DNA of 39,505 nt from Candidatus Thorarchaeota archaeon (GTDB taxonomy: Archaea; Asgardarchaeota; Thorarchaeia; Thorarchaeales; Thorarchaeaceae), in assembly GCA_048884965.1 (NCBI GenBank), contig JBHLQH010000033.1, positions 1 through 39,505 on the forward strand, in the 5' to 3' direction. The notes under the pieces were generated by a model that was not told where the DNA came from, did no database searches, and worked only from the letters and a program-made list of their open reading frames with translations. Position numbers and translations under genes: made by a program. Positions 26,478 through 34,931 of the stretch are shown here, one piece after another (within the stretch, counting starts at the first letter, position 1; each line of letters opens with the position of its first letter).

Positions 26478-29400
26478 CTATTCTCGCTTGTAGACTCGCA
26501 TCTTGAGGAAGGAATAGATGATCATCAACAGGATGACACTCAACAGGGCTACTGGCGATACAACCGTGATCCAGTGCTCCTGCGGGTCCCAGTCGATGCC
26601 ATCTGGGATACCATCTCCATCGGTGTCATCAGAGTTGGGTAGCATGCAGTACTCGACCTCATAGGCATCTGACCAGCCGTCTCCGTCAGTGTCCGCGGTA
26701 AAGGGCGAGAGGTTGTTCAGCACCTCAAAGAGGTCGCTCAACGAATCACCGTCTGTGTCAGGAGATAGAAGGTTGAGGCCCATCTCGTACTCGAAGCCGT
26801 CTTCCAAACCGTCAAGATCAGTGTCCGCGCTCAGAGGATTGCTGAAGATCACGTACACTTCCTGATAGTCGTTTAAACCGTCCCCATCAGTGTCGGCCGA
26901 TGTAGGATTGGTTCCGAGCTGTGCTTCTGTACCGTCTGAGATTAAGTCCCCATCGGTATCGTTGGAGAGAAGGCTTGAGCCCCATGTGTACTCATCATAG
27001 TCCGATGCTCCATCTCCATCGGTATCATCGGAAGTAGGATTCGTTCCAGCATTGATCTCAAAGTCATCACTAAGTCCATCCAGATCCGAGTCTCTGAGAT
27101 AGGGTGAGGTCCCGAGGGCGACCTCATCATAGTCATTGATAGTGTCACCATCCATGTCCTCATGCAGGGTGACTGTAAGAGTAAAGTTCGTTGCTCCACC
27201 ACCAATGTTCGTGACATTGAAGTGGTATGCACCAAAATCTTGAACAAGATACTTGAGGACCGCGGTACCATCACTCTCGGTTCTTTGATAGACGACTTCC
27301 CCAGTTTCTGAGTTCACGATACTGACCTGTAAGGTAGTCGCATTATCCCAGGTCACAGTACCATTCAAGAATCCTTTGAGCGAGGCTGTGAGTCGCATTT
27401 CCTCTTGAGAGGTTATATTGAGCCAGCCATTCAGATATCTCTGTGGCACCTCGCCAGATCCTAGCAGTCCCATGTAGCTGACAATGGAAGCAGTAGTTGA
27501 AGCTACCTCGGCAGCCTTCACAAGGGAGAAGTCAGGGTTGTCCCAAGTATCATCTTCTGTATTGGATTGCGGGTCTGGAAGATATCCCTGAGTGACGTAG
27601 AGAGCTGGGCGTCCCGCTTGCCAAAATTCGTAGGCACATGATCTTTGGGCTATCGAAAGGTCTGAAACCTGCTGGAAGAAGCCGTTACCATACTGAGAAG
27701 ATATCTGGATCATCATATCCGGAATCCAGCCTGCATCATGATAGTTGCTTGTTGAAGAGTACGTTCGAATATTCACTTTGTAGCCATAGAGATAGCCCGT
27801 GCGCTGGAACATCAATCTATCGTAGGAGATGGTCGTAAAGGATTGGACTCCCTGGGCTACAATCCAATCTACAAAGGCACCTCCTCCTAGGTCATAGTCT
27901 TCATCCAAGTGTACGCCATTAAGCAGGACATAGTAGACATCGTAGGCAAGGTCATAGTCGTGCAGAATACGAGCGACCTCTAGAACTACTGCTACAGTGA
28001 CTGCTGCATCATTTGCTCCTGGCGTGTACTCAGAGTCGATAATTCCTGTGATGACTAGGGCTGGTCGTGGAGCTGGTGCAGTACCTTGCTTGATAGCAAT
28101 GAGATGTTCAAAGTCGGTTTCCTGAGCGAAGGTGAGCTCATCATTGGTGTTGTTCTGAAGCACCTCGTTGGCCCATTCCCACGCATCCGTCAGATTCTGA
28201 TTCGCACCATCATCTGTATTCCATATCCTGTTGGGATACGTTTCCGAGAGGTACTTGGTATAATTACCGATGTTATCAATGGATGTTTCCTCCCAGATAG
28301 TGAGAAAGAGGTTCGTTGCGTTGAAGTATGTGGTTGCTGAAAGAACAGGGCTCTCGATGCTTGTTCCAATAGAATGTGACGCGATCGTCCCTGTCATAGT
28401 AACGGATGATCCGATGAAAAGTGAGAGCACAATGAGTGACAGTCCCAGCTTAAACCCTGTGCCTTTCATACCTTTAGCGTGACTCCGAAGCCCATTAAAT
28501 GCGTTGTTCTTAGCGTAGCTAGGAATCACTACCTTCTCGCCACCCTTGATATATGCGCGGCGTTTAGAGAATAGGATACCAAGGATTGCCAGAGTAAATG
28601 CAATGAGTATCACCGGCGGTATTAGCATGATCCAGTGCTCTCGAGGGGCCCAATCCTGTCCGTCAGGAATGCCGTCTCGGTCCGTATCTGCATCAAAGGG
28701 CATAAGGCAGTGCTCTACTTCGTAGGCATCAGAGAGCCCATCAAGATCCGTATCTGCGGATAGAGGGTTCAGAGCGTTGAGCACTTCGAACAGATCACTC
28801 AATCCATCTTGATCCGAGTCCGGCGAGAGGGCATTCGTGCCAATAAGCCACTCTTGGTAGTCATCGATACCGTCTCGATCAGTGTCGTCCAATCTAGGAT
28901 CCGTTCCAAAGTCTAGCTCGAAGTCATCAGTCAAACCTTCTCCGTCAGTGTCATTTGAAGACGGATCATAACCGTGGTCGATCTCATATCCATCGAGAAG
29001 TGTGTCTCCGTCAGAATCCTGTACCAAGGGATTGCTACCGTAGATGATCTCGATACCATCGATTGCACCATCAGCGTCAGAATCAGCAAGCCGCGGGTTG
29101 GTTCCGAACACCTGTTCGTCAGGATCTGACAACAAATCAGAGTCTGTATCTGTCGAGAGGCTGTCTGTTCCGAAGAGGTATTCCTCATAGTCATCCAGGT
29201 TGTCCCAATCCAAGTCTTGGAACTGCGCATAGTTGTAGAGGATAGAAATGGACTCATTCCCATAGTTGGTGAACCTGATTGAGTATTCGCCTCTTGTAGG
29301 ATTCAAGCAACTCATATTGATAGCCTGATCAGATTCATTCCGGGAAAGAATCGTGGCTCCAGTGGGTGTCCGGATCTCAGCACGGACAGAGAAGTTCTTG

Positions 29401-30551
29401 TTCCAAGAAAGAGAAACATTGACTATGGAGAGACCTGTGATAGGCAGGGGAACGCTGGCCTGTGAGTACGCCCCAACGCCAATGGAACGTGTCAGCTCAG
29501 GAGCCTCACCATATCCTAGTCTACCAAGTGTAGCGACAATGGATGATGCAAGTCCGACCGCCTCTGCTATCTTTGCATAGTCATATGCCCAGACATCCCA
29601 TTCATCAGCGTAGTTATAGCTGTAGGGATCGCCATAGAACTGACCCAAGCTGATGCTCGGGATGCCATTCCGCCACCCTTCATAGCCGCCGGTGGAGTAC
29701 CAGAAGGGCAAGCTCGAGCTTTGGTTCGCTACTGTCAGGATATTCGTACCTGAGATTTCTGAGATTGTTCGAGCCATCCGTATGATATAGGCGACCGGGT
29801 CATATGGAGTCGCGAGTATGTTCCAGTCGAGTCGGATGTTCTCCCCGTAGGTCGTCACCGGATCAGAATAGAGAAGTTGATTGAACCAGATGATGCCTGC
29901 TGGCTTACGTCCCTGATTCTCAAGGTCACCAATGAGATTCTGAAGACCTTGATTACCATTCTCGAAATTGAAGTTTCCTGCTGAGATTGTGTTTGTCAGG
30001 ACAAAGTAAATGTCATTCGTCAAGTCATATTGATTGAGTATCCGTGCCGCTTCAATGACAGCTGCGACTGATGAGCCATAGGTATTTGCTCCAGGTCCAG
30101 TGGTATAGCGACTTGCAATGGTGCCAACGATAAGGATCGGAGCCAAATTATCTTCAGTGCCTTCTTTAATTGCAACCAGGTTCAAGTATTCTGTCAAGAA
30201 ATGGAATTCCAGTTCATTCCCTGTCGCTGTCTTAATGGTGTCGTTGACCCATTCCCATGCTCCTAGAAGCTCTAACGATCCATTCTTGTCCAAGGGGAAC
30301 CAGACTCGTTGCCCATAGTTCTGTGAGAGAGTACGAACGATACTCAAGGCGTTGCTCTCGCTAACCTTGGAATAGATATCATCCCAGAGGCTTTCAAGTG
30401 AGAAGGTCTCACTTGGAGCCAGTTGAACAATTGGATCGATAACAAGGTCGCTATGGGTTTCACTGTTTGTCATTGTTCCAGCAAATGGTATGCAAGAGAT
30501 AGCTAGAACGAATATCAATGCCACACTTACGTAGAACCGGCTCCAATTCAT
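26478..30551 (-). CDS. Tandem two-module surface protein: 2x [signal/TM, degenerate M28 peptidase fold, beta domain, 9 DxDxDG Ca-binding (TSP3-like) repeats, TM]
   Basis: PGANTYGSSVAAVIEAARIL and PGANDAAVTVAVVLEVARIL. About 22-aa repeats of type DTDGDGLSD..E...GTNP. The second module begins at ATG 28469. Confidence 0.8.
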   Translation of the reverse strand: MNWSRFYVSVALIFVLAISCIPFAGTMTNSETHSDLVIDPIVQLAPSETFSLESLWDDIYSKVSESNALSIVRTLSQNYGQRVWFPLDKNGSLELLGAWEWVNDTIKTATGNELEFHFLTEYLNLVAIKEGTEDNLAPILIVGTIASRYTTGPGANTYGSSVAAVIEAARILNQYDLTNDIYFVLTNTISAGNFNFENGNQGLQNLIGDLENQGRKPAGIIWFNQLLYSDPVTTYGENIRLDWNILATPYDPVAYIIRMARTISEISGTNILTVANQSSSLPFWYSTGGYEGWRNGIPSISLGQFYGDPYSYNYADEWDVWAYDYAKIAEAVGLASSIVATLGRLGYGEAPELTRSIGVGAYSQASVPLPITGLSIVNVSLSWNKNFSVRAEIRTPTGATILSRNESDQAINMSCLNPTRGEYSIRFTNYGNESISILYNYAQFQDLDWDNLDDYEEYLFGTDSLSTDTDSDLLSDPDEQVFGTNPRLADSDADGAIDGIEIIYGSNPLVQDSDGDTLLDGYEIDHGYDPSSNDTDGEGLTDDFELDFGTDPRLDDTDRDGIDDYQEWLIGTNALSPDSDQDGLSDLFEVLNALNPLSADTDLDGLSDAYEVEHCLMPFDADTDRDGIPDGQDWAPREHWIMLIPPVILIAFTLAILGILFSKRRAYIKGGEKVVIPSYAKNNAFNGLRSHAKGMKGTGFKLGLSLIVLSLFIGSSVTMTGTIASHSIGTSIESPVLSATTYFNATNLFLTIWEETSIDNIGNYTKYLSETYPNRIWNTDDGANQNLTDAWEWANEVLQNNTNDELTFAQETDFEHLIAIKQGTAPAPRPALVITGIIDSEYTPGANDAAVTVAVVLEVARILHDYDLAYDVYYVLLNGVHLDEDYDLGGGAFVDWIVAQGVQSFTTISYDRLMFQRTGYLYGYKVNIRTYSSTSNYHDAGWIPDMMIQISSQYGNGFFQQVSDLSIAQRSCAYEFWQAGRPALYVTQGYLPDPQSNTEDDTWDNPDFSLVKAAEVASTTASIVSYMGLLGSGEVPQRYLNGWLNITSQEEMRLTASLKGFLNGTVTWDNATTLQVSIVNSETGEVVYQRTESDGTAVLKYLVQDFGAYHFNVTNIGGGATNFTLTVTLHEDMDGDTINDYDEVALGTSPYLRDSDLDGLSDDFEINAGTNPTSDDTDGDGASDYDEYTWGSSLLSNDTDGDLISDGTEAQLGTNPTSADTDGDGLNDYQEVYVIFSNPLSADTDLDGLEDGFEYEMGLNLLSPDTDGDSLSDLFEVLNNLSPFTADTDGDGWSDAYEVEYCMLPNSDDTDGDGIPDGIDWDPQEHWITVVSPVALLSVILLMIIYSFLKMRVYKRE
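26600..27160 (-). repeat. Nine Asp-rich DxDxDG protein repeats, module 2 (approximate bounds)
   Basis: From DMDGDTIND to DTDGDGIPD in the translation. Confidence 0.8.
28660..29217 (-). repeat. Nine Asp-rich DxDxDG protein repeats, module 1 (approximate bounds)
   Basis: From DLDWDNLDD to DTDRDGIPD in the translation. Confidence 0.8.
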
Positions 30552-30596
30552 AGGCTCCGAGAGCAGACGAAGTCCAGTTATATCTTGCGAAAGGCG

Positions 30597-31103
30597 CTAT
30601 GAAATTCCATTGATACTGAAATAGTCGATCGCTTCCTCCTTTAGGATAGCGACAAGCCTTTGGATGTCAGAGTTAGGAATGATGGGCACTCCATCCTTCG
30701 AACTTCCAAGATCTACTCCTTCCCAGACTACATATGCTTTCACGTTTGAGGGGCTGAACTGTTCCTCCGCGATTTCTTCGCCTATGCACCAGAATCGTGG
30801 CACCTCAAGTTCCTTGAATCCTTCAAGAAGCAAGTAGTCCACATCAATGATTTTTGCAAACTTTGAGATTGCCGTTTTTCCCCTCGCTCTCATTGTGGCA
30901 GTAGATGGTCCGATCAGCAGAGTGGGGTTGGCGCCTGCTTGTGCATGTCTCCAAGTATCCGTTCCCTCCGGAGCGATGATATCCTCTTTAGTGCTCTTGA
31001 TACTTGCGACGCTCTTTCCTTCTTCCTTCAGCTTGCTAATGAGCTGTTCCAAAAGGAAGGTCTTTCCTGAGAATGAGAATCCTGAAACCGCGAAAACCTG
31101 CAT
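30597..31103 (-). CDS. mobB: Molybdopterin-guanine dinucleotide biosynthesis protein B
   Basis: SGFSFSGKT, IKST, EGTDTWRHAQAGA, LLEGFK. Confidence 0.85.
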   Translation of the reverse strand: MQVFAVSGFSFSGKTFLLEQLISKLKEEGKSVASIKSTKEDIIAPEGTDTWRHAQAGANPTLLIGPSTATMRARGKTAISKFAKIIDVDYLLLEGFKELEVPRFWCIGEEIAEEQFSPSNVKAYVVWEGVDLGSSKDGVPIIPNSDIQRLVAILKEEAIDYFSINGIS

Positions 31104-31231
31104 CGTTTACTCACTTCTGTTGTCAGTTTGAAGGTTTTTACTACTTTCGATAGTCTTACATGCGATTTGGATTCGGCTTTGAGCTAGTTGCTCCTGTAGT
31201 AACCTTAAAAATTGGCTATGACGGGAACACA

Positions 31232-32029
31232 ATGATGGAGACACCGCCCTTGGACACCGATAAAGAAGCTGCAGTAGTCTGCCAAGAAGTATTCAGAGAA
31301 TTTCAAGATGGAACAAGAGTCATCAAGGTTCTTCGAGGCACAGATCTTACTGTGAACAGAGGTGAGTTCGTAGCAATCGTAGGAGCCTCAGGTTCAGGGA
31401 AGACAACGCTCTTGAATCTCATTGGAGGGCTTGACAAGCCTACCAGCGGAACGATTCTCGTCGATGGAATTGATATCACTGGTCTCAATGATGACCAGAT
31501 GTCCGAAATGCGACGCCATAAGATTGGCGTTCTGTTCCAAGACCAACACCTTCTACCTATCTTTACTGCCATTGAGAACGTACAGGTTCCCATGCTGCTC
31601 GATGAAGTGCGGGCTGAGAAACGCCATACGAAGTCCATGGAACTCCTAGCTGCAGTAGGTGTCGACCATCGAGCACATCACATGCCTCACGAACTCTCTG
31701 GTGGTATGAGGTCTCGAGTTGCACTTGCAAGGGCTCTTGCCAATGACCCGATCGTGCTACTTTGTGATGAGCCTACAGGAGATTTGGACCACAAGACCGG
31801 CGCTGAAGTCATCCGTTTGATGCGTGATCTCGCCAAGAAGCAAAACCGCGCTGTCATTACTGTTACGCACGACCCTGAAACTGCGAAGATGGCTGATAGG
31901 ATTCTACTCCTTAGGGATGGAAAGCTTGTTGACGAGCTCATTGGAGAGTTCTTCAGAGCAAGTGGCGTTGAGGTAGAATCTAGACATAAACGAGGGTCCG
32001 AATCGGGTGACAGTTCCATCACGGGGTGA
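31232..32029 (+). CDS. ABC transporter ATP-binding protein (LolD/MacB family)
   Basis: GASGSGKT, LSGG, LLCDEPTGDLD, VTHD. Start moved to ATG 31232, downstream of the TATA-like CCTTAAAA. Confidence 0.92.
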   Translation: MMETPPLDTDKEAAVVCQEVFREFQDGTRVIKVLRGTDLTVNRGEFVAIVGASGSGKTTLLNLIGGLDKPTSGTILVDGIDITGLNDDQMSEMRRHKIGVLFQDQHLLPIFTAIENVQVPMLLDEVRAEKRHTKSMELLAAVGVDHRAHHMPHELSGGMRSRVALARALANDPIVLLCDEPTGDLDHKTGAEVIRLMRDLAKKQNRAVITVTHDPETAKMADRILLLRDGKLVDELIGEFFRASGVEVESRHKRGSESGDSSITG

Positions 32030-34922
32030 TGTAGTGGCTCGAAAAGAGAATCATGTTAAGATGCTACCTGGAAACAAGCTCTATGCATTCTCATATGCAC
32101 TCAGTTCTATGAGGGCATATCCATTTAGAGCATTGAGCCTTGCGCTAACTTTGAGTCTGGGAGTATCCCTCATTGGTGGGGTTCTAATATGGGCTGATAC
32201 TGGGGTTCAGGTAAGTGTCGATGATTACTTTGATAATAATGCGTTCCAGATGCTTCTGCAGAATCCAGCTGGCCTTACAGATTCTGTCGATGCGGCTGAA
32301 GCCTATATGCTGAATAGCCCCCTCATAGAGTCATCCTATCGGGTCAATTCTACAGTCGGACTTGTGTACGGAACACAACTTCCTGATGAAACGGTCTATG
32401 GATTGAATGAGCCTCTATATACAGAAGGGATGAAGGATTGTGAGGTCATCTTTGTCAATAATGCTCTCTTGAACATAATCGAACGACAATTCAAAATAGA
32501 GGGTCGACTATCTCTTCAACCTGGCGAAACTGTGGTCTCATCTCAGTTCGTGAACTACGTATACGAGGTCTTTGGCATCACTCTAACAATCAATTCGACT
32601 ATTGATGTTGAGGTTCTTACTCGAAGACCAACAGGGCTGACTGGTGAGATAGGCGATCTAGGGAGAAACACACTCGATGGACTGACAATAGTTGGCATCT
32701 ATGAAATCGAAGGATACAACTCCATTATCGAAAGAGGGTTTCCCTCCATCATGAGAAAGAACTACGACTTCTTACATTACTACACCCCAGTGCTAGGCAT
32801 CCGCGATAGCATCATGGTCCTATCCAATTCCATAGTCGCTCCGAGCATATCACAAGTGGGTTTCTTTGGTGCAAATTCCTTCATCCGAGCATCTAGCGAG
32901 AACCTGATCGCATCTGGGGTCAACGAAATGGATGAGAAACTCCTCACATTGAAGGCACGTGTAGATGAGGCCTACGAGGTGACCGTCGATGGCCTCGAGG
33001 AAATAAACTATCTACAAGGACTCGTTGACACATACACCGAAACGATGCCTCTGGCACTACTGAATCTCCCCATATTCATTCTTGCACTATTCCTATCAGT
33101 ATTTGCTGCTGACACATTCATGGCGACTCGTAACATCGAAGTGAGTGCGCTTCGTTCCAAGGGTGCCAGCTCAAGCCAAGTCTATGGAATTTTCTTCTCA
33201 GAATCAATCATCATTGCCTTGTTCAGCATTGCAACAGGCATTGGACTAAGCATACTATTCTCAGCTCTGATACCTTCCGCTGTCGGCTTCATGGTCTTTG
33301 ATTTCGAGATGTATCAATTCTTCCTTAACGCCACTGTTCTCAAACCGGAAACCATTTTCATCTCAACCCTACTTTGTATCGTTCCTCCCCTTCTTTTCAT
33401 CTTGGGCTCGGCTAGAAAGGCTGCCATGACTGAGATTGGAATGCAGTTGATGGAGGTTTCAGAACCCCTCTCTGAAGGTAGTGAGGCATACGGGTTCACC
33501 ATTGGTGCATCTGTGGTTCTCCTTGCAATGGTTATCGGCTCAGTGATGTTCCTTCCGAGCAATCCAATGATGCTATTGCTGGAATTAGGGCTTGGTACCG
33601 CCGCATGGTTCTTCATGGCCTATAATGGTTCCCGAATATCTCGCGTTGGATTTGCGAGAGTCACTCGGAAGCTGTCCTTTGTTCTCGGTGAGAAGAACCT
33701 TATAGCCTCTGGAAATCTACGAATGAGGAAGGGTCGTATCGTTCCCCTCATGGTCGTTCTTGCACTAACACTATCTTCAACGATAGCCTTTACTGTGCAG
33801 GCTGAGAGCTTCCAAGTTGACCTACAGAAGGAACTGGATTACGCAATAGGTTCAGATTTACGTGTTACTTGCACCGCTCGTCCCTTCAGCTTCAATGACA
33901 CCTTGGAGGAGTATCCTGGAGTTAACAGAGCTACTCCCGTTATGAGAACTTGGGGTGGTATTGGGGTAGAACGGATTAGTATGATTGGGATAGAAGCGAT
34001 AGAATACTCTCTCATAGCCCACTTTGATGAATCAAGCTTTCCAAATGAAGATTCAAACTTCCTCCTGTCCCGTCTCGCGACCATACCAAATGGTATCATC
34101 CTAAGTCAATATCATGCCGATCGATGGAACAAGTCTATTGGCGACAATATCAATCTTGAAGTTGGAGGGCAGCTTTCAGCTTCATGGGCCACTTTCACAT
34201 TAGTTGGCATCGTCCATAGCGCACCCGGATTTGGATACGCGAACGCTGAGGACATTCCGTACTCACGACTTGGACCTGCATTTGGATATCAAGCTGGTCT
34301 ATCTGGGTTTGCTCTAGTGAATATCGATTTCCTATCCGCGCAGACTTCCATTATTACAGCAAATCTATTCTTCGCAGACTTAGTATGTGTCACTGACCAA
34401 GAGCTTGTATTGCGAGCTCTTCAAGATCTAACTGGTGTTAGTGCAACAACTCCTGAATCATATGACCTTGAGAGCTACTCCTTCGGAACAGCCCTTTTCC
34501 TGAGCACAGTAGAAGGTCTCTTCTCAATTGGCTTTGCCATGTCCCTTCTTCTGAGTATGTTCGCACTCACACTCTTTCTAGGCTCCATCGTTCGAGAGCG
34601 GAAGCGTGACTATGCGATCCTACGTGCAGTTGGAGGCTCAAAGAATCAGATCATTCGTGTAGTGCTCTCTGAGTTCACCGGTATCGTTCTCGCTTCATTG
34701 ACACTAAGCCTCGTGCTTGGGACATTGTTCGGTTATGTGATGAGTACGGTGATTTTCTCAATGAGTCCCTTTGCTCGGACCCTTTCAGCCCTGATCACAT
34801 TTCCAATTGGCTTTCTAACAGCTGTGTTACTACTAGAGATATTTGCAATGATTGCTGGTGCGTATCTCCCTGCAAGAGAGGCATCAAAGACAGACCCTGC
34901 GATAGTACTACGAAACCTGTGA
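32007..34922 (+). CDS. FtsX/MacB-like ABC permease (duplicated architecture)
   Basis: ALRSKGAS and RKRDYAILRAVGGS motifs, two large ectodomains, ends PAREASKTDPAIVLRNL. Confidence 0.88.
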   Translation: MTVPSRGDVVARKENHVKMLPGNKLYAFSYALSSMRAYPFRALSLALTLSLGVSLIGGVLIWADTGVQVSVDDYFDNNAFQMLLQNPAGLTDSVDAAEAYMLNSPLIESSYRVNSTVGLVYGTQLPDETVYGLNEPLYTEGMKDCEVIFVNNALLNIIERQFKIEGRLSLQPGETVVSSQFVNYVYEVFGITLTINSTIDVEVLTRRPTGLTGEIGDLGRNTLDGLTIVGIYEIEGYNSIIERGFPSIMRKNYDFLHYYTPVLGIRDSIMVLSNSIVAPSISQVGFFGANSFIRASSENLIASGVNEMDEKLLTLKARVDEAYEVTVDGLEEINYLQGLVDTYTETMPLALLNLPIFILALFLSVFAADTFMATRNIEVSALRSKGASSSQVYGIFFSESIIIALFSIATGIGLSILFSALIPSAVGFMVFDFEMYQFFLNATVLKPETIFISTLLCIVPPLLFILGSARKAAMTEIGMQLMEVSEPLSEGSEAYGFTIGASVVLLAMVIGSVMFLPSNPMMLLLELGLGTAAWFFMAYNGSRISRVGFARVTRKLSFVLGEKNLIASGNLRMRKGRIVPLMVVLALTLSSTIAFTVQAESFQVDLQKELDYAIGSDLRVTCTARPFSFNDTLEEYPGVNRATPVMRTWGGIGVERISMIGIEAIEYSLIAHFDESSFPNEDSNFLLSRLATIPNGIILSQYHADRWNKSIGDNINLEVGGQLSASWATFTLVGIVHSAPGFGYANAEDIPYSRLGPAFGYQAGLSGFALVNIDFLSAQTSIITANLFFADLVCVTDQELVLRALQDLTGVSATTPESYDLESYSFGTALFLSTVEGLFSIGFAMSLLLSMFALTLFLGSIVRERKRDYAILRAVGGSKNQIIRVVLSEFTGIVLASLTLSLVLGTLFGYVMSTVIFSMSPFARTLSALITFPIGFLTAVLLLEIFAMIAGAYLPAREASKTDPAIVLRNL

Positions 34923-34931
34923 GGAACAAAG

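Noticed and set aside
26600-29217. CRISPR-like or DNA tandem repeats
   Set aside because: The periodicity is at protein level (DxDxDG) with degenerate codons and no identical DNA repeats.
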